A stretch of 64,000 bases of DNA from a candidate division WOR-3 bacterium (lineage in GTDB: Bacteria; Hydrothermota; Tepidihabitantia; SM23-42; CAYGYG01): the NCBI GenBank assembly GCA_965648915.1, contig CBFGIV010000006.1:2109-66108 (forward strand), written 5' to 3'. The notes under the pieces are model-generated. The model was not told where the DNA came from. It did not search any database and saw only the letters and a program-made list of their open reading frames with translations. The number at the start of each line of letters is the position of its first letter. Positions within the stretch are counted from its first letter, which is position 1. Of the stretch, positions 58,384 to 64,000 are shown piece after piece. The position numbers were made by a program, and so were the translations under genes.

Positions 58384-59536
58384 TTACCCTCAGGTCCCGG
58401 CCGACCGATTCGATTGTGTCGAGGGCACGGTTTAAGTCATCTTTCGTATGGACCGCAGTAACAATAGCCCTGAGTCGTGCCCGTCCCTGAAGCAGGGATG
58501 AGGCGGTAAAGTATGGGATATAAACCCCCTTCTCAAAAAGACGATGGGCAAAGACTGAGGCTAAGGAATCGTCTTCAATAAAGATCGGGATAATCGGTGT
58601 CTGACTCAAACCAGTATTGAATCCGATCTGTTTGAGGCTCGAACGGAAATACTTTGCATTCTGCCAGAGGCGCTCGATCAGTCCGCCGTTCTCTTTGACT
58701 ATATCAAGCGCAGCAAGGGCTGAAGCGACTGCAATCGGTGAAGGTGCGGTAGGTAGATTATAAAAGGGTGAATGTTCGACCAGATACGAGGTCAGTGCTT
58801 TTATTCCTGCCACATAACCGACTTGGGCGGAAAAGGCATGGGTGAGTGAACCGATATCGATATCAATCTGACCGTAAAGATTAAAATGGTCAACTATCCC
58901 CCGGCCGAGCCTGCCCAAGATTCCGATGCCATTGGTATCATCAATAATAAGCACAATCCGATGACTCTTGATCTCGCCGGCCAGTTCATTGAAGGGAAAG
59001 ATGTCCCCTTCCATTTCAAAGACGCTTTCTCCCAGGAAGATCTTTTTTCGATACTGAGCGCTTGCCTCGAGTAATTGGCGTGCGACCGTCAAATCCCGAT
59101 GGGGGAAAATTTTGAGATCGGCCCCGGCAAAACGAAAAATCTTCTTATCACTCAATTCATCCATAATGATGACATCATTGCCACTGAGAAAGAATGAGAA
59201 GAGGGCAAAGGCACCAGAGATATCAGAGGTAAATAGAAGAACCGATTCGACACGCTTGAATTCAGCCAGCCGCTCTTCGAGTAATTGATGGAGGTAGGTG
59301 TTGCCACCGCCGGGACGGGAGGCACAGATATCTCCACCGTATATCGCCAGGGTCTCTTTTATCGCCTCGGTAACCCTCGGATTGTTGATCAGACCGAAAT
59401 AATTAAACGATGAGAAACTTATTACTTCTTTACCATTATAGATCGCGCGCGGGCCAATTGGCCCCTCAAGCTGGAACAGATGTTTTTCTCTCTTCTCATC
59501 TTTTAACAACTCTTCAAAGAGGGATAACTGATGCAA
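58376..59536 (-). CDS. bioF: 8-amino-7-oxononanoate synthase-like class-II PLP acyltransferase
   Basis: 386 aa. Alpha-oxoamine synthase fold with PLP-Lys in a TLSKAFG-like context (GSLTHAFSAQVGYVAG). Convergent 8-nt overlap with the SBBP gene. Confidence 0.65.
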   Translation of the reverse strand: MHQLSLFEELLKDEKREKHLFQLEGPIGPRAIYNGKEVISFSSFNYFGLINNPRVTEAIKETLAIYGGDICASRPGGGNTYLHQLLEERLAEFKRVESVLLFTSDISGAFALFSFFLSGNDVIIMDELSDKKIFRFAGADLKIFPHRDLTVARQLLEASAQYRKKIFLGESVFEMEGDIFPFNELAGEIKSHRIVLIIDDTNGIGILGRLGRGIVDHFNLYGQIDIDIGSLTHAFSAQVGYVAGIKALTSYLVEHSPFYNLPTAPSPIAVASALAALDIVKENGGLIERLWQNAKYFRSSLKQIGFNTGLSQTPIIPIFIEDDSLASVFAHRLFEKGVYIPYFTASSLLQGRARLRAIVTAVHTKDDLNRALDTIESVGRDLRVIT

Positions 59537-59548
59537 ATCTCCTCCGGA

Positions 59549-62512
59549 TTATAAATTACGACCGCAACATTTCTTATACTTCTTACCGCTACCACAGGGG
59601 CAGGGATCATTCCGGCCAATTTTTACGGTCTGGACCACCGTCGTTGATCCACCTTTGCCGGTTGAACCAACTGCAGCCTGAGTGGCAGTGGCGGCAGGTT
59701 TATATTCCGTCATCCGCACCGGTCTTCGGTATTCAGGGCGTACCTGGGCGCGGAAGAGTAAACTGGAGATATCCCGGGCCATATTTCTCAACATCTCATC
59801 GAACATCTTAAAAGATTCCTGTTTATATTCAATTAAAGGGTCCTTCTGACCATAAGCCCTTAGACCAATACCTTCGCGCAGGGCATCGAGACTGTAGAGG
59901 TGATCACGCCAGTATGAATCGATTGTATTGAGCATTACAAATTTTAAGAGTTCCGTAAAAAGTTCGGTACCCAGCAGCCTCTCCCGTTCATCAAGCCGGG
60001 CCCGGGCAATATCGAGAAGTCTATCGAGCAGGGGTTCCTGTTTTATCTTATAGATCTCTTCAGTCGGGATACTGATATCGGTCAGGAAGATGAGGCCAAA
60101 CTCACCTTTTAATCCCTCCCAGTCCCATTCTTCTGGATGGCGCTTGGGATCGGTATATTTGAGGATGAGGTCTTCGATCGTCTCTTCAAAAAAGGTATGG
60201 GCGCGTTCTTTAAGCCCCTTGGCTTCAAGAATCTCATCGCGCATCTTGTAAATGACCTCGCGTTGTCGGTTCATTACATTATCATATTCGAGCAGGTGCT
60301 TACGGATCTCAAAATTGTTAAGTTCCACTCTTTTCTGGGCATTGGCAATGGCCCGCGTGACTAGGGGATGGGTAAGGGGTTCGTTCTCTTTGGCACCAAA
60401 GCGGTCCATAATCGCCGCAACCCGTTCTGAACCGAAGAGGCGCATCAGATCATCTTCCAGGGAGAGGAAAAATTTTGAATAACCGGGATCGCCCTGCCGG
60501 CCACTTCGCCCCCGCAACTGATTGTCGATCCGCCGGGCTTCGTGCCTTTCCGTGCCGATGATATACAATCCGCAGGGGACTTCCTTAAAACAGTCTTTCT
60601 TAAATTCGTGGGTGCAGTGGGCACAATCCTGATCTTTACAGAAGATACAACATTTATCACAGAGGACAACACCTGAACCCAGTTTAATGTCCGTTCCCCG
60701 GCCGGCCATATTGGTGGCGATCGTTACTGCCCCGGGCTGTCCGGCCCGGCTGACAATTACGGCCTCGCGTTGATGGTGTTTGGCATTGAGGACCTCATGG
60801 GGTATACCCCGCCGGCTGAGAAGTCGGGAGAGGACCTCTGAGACCTCAACCGAGGTCGTGCCGACCAGAATCGGCCGTTTTAGTTTGTTCCATCGGACAA
60901 TCTCTTCGATTACCTGATTATATTTTTCTCTTCGACTCCGGTAGACGACATCTTCACTATCGATGCGCCGGACCGGTTCCTTGGTTGGAATCTCGATAAC
61001 ATCGAGTTTGTAGATGGTCCAGAATTCGTGCGCCTCGGTCAGTGCGGTACCAGTCATACCGGCAAGTTTTTCGTACATCCGAAAATAGTTCTGGATCGTG
61101 ATGGTTGCCAAAGTCTGGGTCTCTTCCTGAACTGCAACATGCTCTTTGGCTTCAAGTGCCTGATGGAGTCCGTCCGAGAATCTCCGTCCGGGCATCAGAC
61201 GACCGGTGAATTCATCGACGATTATCACCTTGCCATCCTGAACCACATACTCGACATCCTTTTCAAAAAGTGCATAGGCCTTGAGCAGGGCACGAATGTT
61301 ATGTAAGACCTCACTCTTCTCCGCATATTTTTGATAGGCTTTCTCTTTGGCGGCGATCTTCTCCTTTGGTGTCAGATTGGTATCGTTGTCAATTTTGTGA
61401 AGTTCAATGCTTAAGTCCGGCAGGACAAACATCTCTGGATTCTGGGGCGAAATAAACTGGCGACCTTTCTCCGTCAGATCGACAACATTGGCGCGCTCAT
61501 CGATGACAAAGAAGAGTTCATCATCGATGTCGTGAAATCTCTTTTCCCTTATAAAATTCAGCTCAATCTGCTCGATCAATTTCTTGATACCCTGCTCCTG
61601 TTCAATCTTCATAAGGCGTTTATTTTTGGGTAGACCGCGCCGGGCCTGGAGGAATTTAATCCCGGCCTCTTTCTCCTTACCTTCATCAAGCAATTTTTTC
61701 CCTTCATCGACGATGCGATTGACCAAAACGGTCTGGTTTGAGATAAGGCGGGCAACGATCGGATTGAGTTCATCAAGCCCTTTAGTTGTCCTTTCGACCG
61801 GACCAGAGATAATCAGGGGGGTTCGGGCCTCATCGATTAAGATGCTGTCGACCTCATCGATGATTGCATAGTAGTGGCCGCGCTGGACTTTGTCTTCAAG
61901 CCTGAGGACCATATTGTCCCGGAGATAGTCAAAGCCAAATTCATTGTTGGTCCCGTAGAGGATATCACATCGATACTGCTCTTTACGGGGTCCGGGTTCC
62001 ATCCCCTGCTGGAGGACACCGACGGTGAGACCGAGTGATTCATATATCGGACCCATCCATTCCCGGTCCCGGCGTGCCAGATAATCATTAACCGTAACGA
62101 GCTGGACTCCGCGTCCGGTCAAACCATTGAGGTATAGAGGCATTGTGGCGACCAGGGTCTTACCTTCACCGGTCTTCATCTCAGCGATCTTACCTTCATG
62201 GAGGACAATAGCTCCGATCAATTGAACATCAAAAGGGATCATATTCCATTCGGTCTCGATCTCGACCACGGGCCACTTCTTGCCGACCAGGCGCCGACAG
62301 GCCTCTTTGACCAGACCATAGGCCTCAGGCAGGATGGCATCGAGTGGTTCGCCCTGACTGACACGGACTTTGAGGTCTTCAGAGACCTTTAAGATATCGG
62401 CATCTTTGAATTTCTCATAATATCTATTGATCTCGTCGACTATCGGCCAGAGACGTTTCATTTCCCGTTCGGTCTTGGTGCCAAAAATTTTTGCAATAAC
62501 CTTTTGGAACAT
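59549..62512 (-). CDS. secA: Preprotein translocase ATPase SecA
   Basis: 987 aa. DEAD-like motor, PPXD, C-terminal zinc finger [14 protein letters not shown]. Candidate promoter TTGACA-N16-TAATAT about 70 nt upstream, and AAGGAG RBS. Confidence 0.95.
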   Translation of the reverse strand: MFQKVIAKIFGTKTEREMKRLWPIVDEINRYYEKFKDADILKVSEDLKVRVSQGEPLDAILPEAYGLVKEACRRLVGKKWPVVEIETEWNMIPFDVQLIGAIVLHEGKIAEMKTGEGKTLVATMPLYLNGLTGRGVQLVTVNDYLARRDREWMGPIYESLGLTVGVLQQGMEPGPRKEQYRCDILYGTNNEFGFDYLRDNMVLRLEDKVQRGHYYAIIDEVDSILIDEARTPLIISGPVERTTKGLDELNPIVARLISNQTVLVNRIVDEGKKLLDEGKEKEAGIKFLQARRGLPKNKRLMKIEQEQGIKKLIEQIELNFIREKRFHDIDDELFFVIDERANVVDLTEKGRQFISPQNPEMFVLPDLSIELHKIDNDTNLTPKEKIAAKEKAYQKYAEKSEVLHNIRALLKAYALFEKDVEYVVQDGKVIIVDEFTGRLMPGRRFSDGLHQALEAKEHVAVQEETQTLATITIQNYFRMYEKLAGMTGTALTEAHEFWTIYKLDVIEIPTKEPVRRIDSEDVVYRSRREKYNQVIEEIVRWNKLKRPILVGTTSVEVSEVLSRLLSRRGIPHEVLNAKHHQREAVIVSRAGQPGAVTIATNMAGRGTDIKLGSGVVLCDKCCIFCKDQDCAHCTHEFKKDCFKEVPCGLYIIGTERHEARRIDNQLRGRSGRQGDPGYSKFFLSLEDDLMRLFGSERVAAIMDRFGAKENEPLTHPLVTRAIANAQKRVELNNFEIRKHLLEYDNVMNRQREVIYKMRDEILEAKGLKERAHTFFEETIEDLILKYTDPKRHPEEWDWEGLKGEFGLIFLTDISIPTEEIYKIKQEPLLDRLLDIARARLDERERLLGTELFTELLKFVMLNTIDSYWRDHLYSLDALREGIGLRAYGQKDPLIEYKQESFKMFDEMLRNMARDISSLLFRAQVRPEYRRPVRMTEYKPAATATQAAVGSTGKGGSTTVVQTVKIGRNDPCPCGSGKKYKKCCGRNL

Positions 62513-62639
62513 TAAGCGACTCCTTAAAAGATTAAACTGGTTTGTCCGTCAAAGAATATTATCCAATTTTTCTCTTATGTCAATATTTAACTTGACATCA
62601 CCGCTGGGCTATATAGGATAATAGAATGGAGGTGTTAAT

Positions 62640-63542
62640 ATGTTGATTTTATTCTTGATCTTCTGGCAATTGAGAGTTGAACCGATCGATATTAATGCCC
62701 GGATGATACCCAGCACCGGGTTTGGTGTTGAGTTGATGAACGACAATGGGACCCCATCCAGTTTTGGCTCTTTCTGGGATAACCGGTATCAGGCAGCGGA
62801 AAAACTCTGGACCATTCCCGGCAACTATCCAATAAGGATTGATACCTTGAAGATCGCCCTTTACCGCCATGCGACCCAATTTGCTGAGACGACCCGGTTT
62901 AGGTTTCATGTCTATTCCTGCGATACTGCAGGCAGGCCGATTGCGCGCCTGGCCGGCACCGATACGGTTAAGATTGGTATTGCGCAGGCACCGGCCTGGG
63001 TTTGGGCACTTATCCCTTTCTCAAACTACAATGTGATAATTACTTCGGCGCAGCAGTATTTTGATGTTGTTGTTGAATGGCTCGACCCGAGAGATAGCGT
63101 TGCATCGATCTTGATGGATAACCAGCGAAATATCCGCCGGAACATAAACTGGTATGCGTTTCAGGGTACCTGGTATGAACATTATGACTGGTGGTCACAG
63201 CCGACCCAGGTGGGTGTGAATATGATCCGGGCGATTGTTACACCCAATGCAGTGAAGGTGGGAGAGTCTGATCAGAGATCAAGGGCGGGGCGAGTCTTCT
63301 CAATAAATCCGATATACAGAAATGGGATGGTCAGATTCTATCTTGAAAAACCTGAAGATGTTATTGTTAAGCTTTATAATGTGAACGGGGCCTGTTTAAG
63401 AACACTCGATTACGGATTTAAAAAAGAGGGCTGGAATTTGGTTAAATTTCCTGTGGATTTGAAGGCGGGTATCTATTTCTTGAGTATAAGACATAGTAAT
63501 AAGGAGGTAATCAAGAAAATTATCTTTATACCATATCAATAA
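62640..63542 (+). CDS. Hypothetical secreted protein with T9SS C-terminal domain
   Basis: 300 aa. N-terminal hydrophobic segment. C-terminal NPIYRNGMVRFYL...VKLYNVNGACL...GIYFLSI sorting tail. GGAGG RBS. Confidence 0.5.
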   Translation: MLILFLIFWQLRVEPIDINARMIPSTGFGVELMNDNGTPSSFGSFWDNRYQAAEKLWTIPGNYPIRIDTLKIALYRHATQFAETTRFRFHVYSCDTAGRPIARLAGTDTVKIGIAQAPAWVWALIPFSNYNVIITSAQQYFDVVVEWLDPRDSVASILMDNQRNIRRNINWYAFQGTWYEHYDWWSQPTQVGVNMIRAIVTPNAVKVGESDQRSRAGRVFSINPIYRNGMVRFYLEKPEDVIVKLYNVNGACLRTLDYGFKKEGWNLVKFPVDLKAGIYFLSIRHSNKEVIKKIIFIPYQ

Positions 63543-63690
63543 AAAACCCATCTCTAACTTATTCTTATTCGGCTGATAAATCTCAAAAGGATCCGGGTGC
63601 ATCAATTGAGGGTGATTGGGAACAGACACTTTACCAAACAGAGTTCAAAATGGTTGAGATGGATTTCTGGTCGAATGTGCGACGCACGCG

Positions 63691-63900
63691 GTGAATAAAT
63701 CAGCCCGTTACAAGTGTCTCTATACCCGAGTAGCACAGAAATATGGTAAGGGAAGGGCACGCGTTGCTGTCGCCCGTAGTATGCTCCGCACCATTTATCA
63801 TATCCTCATAACTGATCAGCCTTATCGAGAATATATTTGCTTATCAAAAAACTCCGATCAGCGCCCTGGGGTCATGATCGTTGAAGGTTCTCAGATTTGA
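63691..63900 (+). pseudogene. Possible 3' remnant of an IS110-family transposase gene
   Basis: GTG-initiated 69-aa ORF. ...YKCLYTRVAQKYGKGRARVAVARSMLRTIYHIL resembles the conserved C-terminal GKxKkvAlvAvaRKLlviiyhmL block of IS110/IS1111 transposases. No upstream DEDD domain is present. Confidence 0.25.
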
Positions 63901-64000
63901 TTGCGCGACCGGAGCCCAATAACATACTACATCCTGAATGTAGATAGGTGAGCCAATTGATTGTAATTGATGACAAAAAAAGACTGTTGTTAACTCTTCT

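Overview
This 64 kb window looks like chromosome from a moderately AT-rich bacterium (roughly 45-48% GC by eye) whose secretome is dominated by T9SS cargo. At least eight proteins end in a Por/T9SS C-terminal sorting domain. They include a peptidoglycan hydrolase, a beta-helix protein, an M6 zinc metallopeptidase with FG-GAP repeats, a Kelch-repeat protein, an SBBP beta-propeller-repeat protein, a tandem-repeat protein, and a partial C25 peptidase at the left window edge. Most of the window is syntenic housekeeping: mnmA, carAB, comM/yifB, tdh-kbl, a P-type ATPase, lpdA, a sigma factor, htrA, hsp20, frr-pyrH-tsf-rpsB, rpsI-rplM, hutU, smpB-amiC-murI-rph-rluD and secA. Promoters throughout have a near-consensus TTGACA-N16-TAnAAT form. 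Two regions stand out.

The first is a compact, translationally coupled six-gene operon at 24689-30857. It encodes cheY, cheA, cheC, an 802-aa TPR protein, a TPR/Roadblock-LC7 fusion and a standalone Roadblock protein. It has a strong promoter. It looks like a Frz/Mgl-like polarity or motility control module, but no MCP, CheW, CheB, CheR or MglA-like GTPase is present in the window.

The second is an AT-rich islet of about 4.4 kb at 15522-19636 (GC clearly lower, about 30% by eye). It carries a gamma-class N6-adenine methyltransferase with a putative cognate restriction endonuclease, an intact IS3-family element with the A_AAA_AAG -1 frameshift site, and a frameshifted, IS-truncated serine recombinase pseudogene. 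It abuts tRNA-Ser(CGA). On the other side, tadA sits between tRNA-Ser and tRNA-Arg(ACG), its own substrate. Both islet boundaries carry clusters of GC-rich hairpins sharing a CGCC-TTCG-GCG core.
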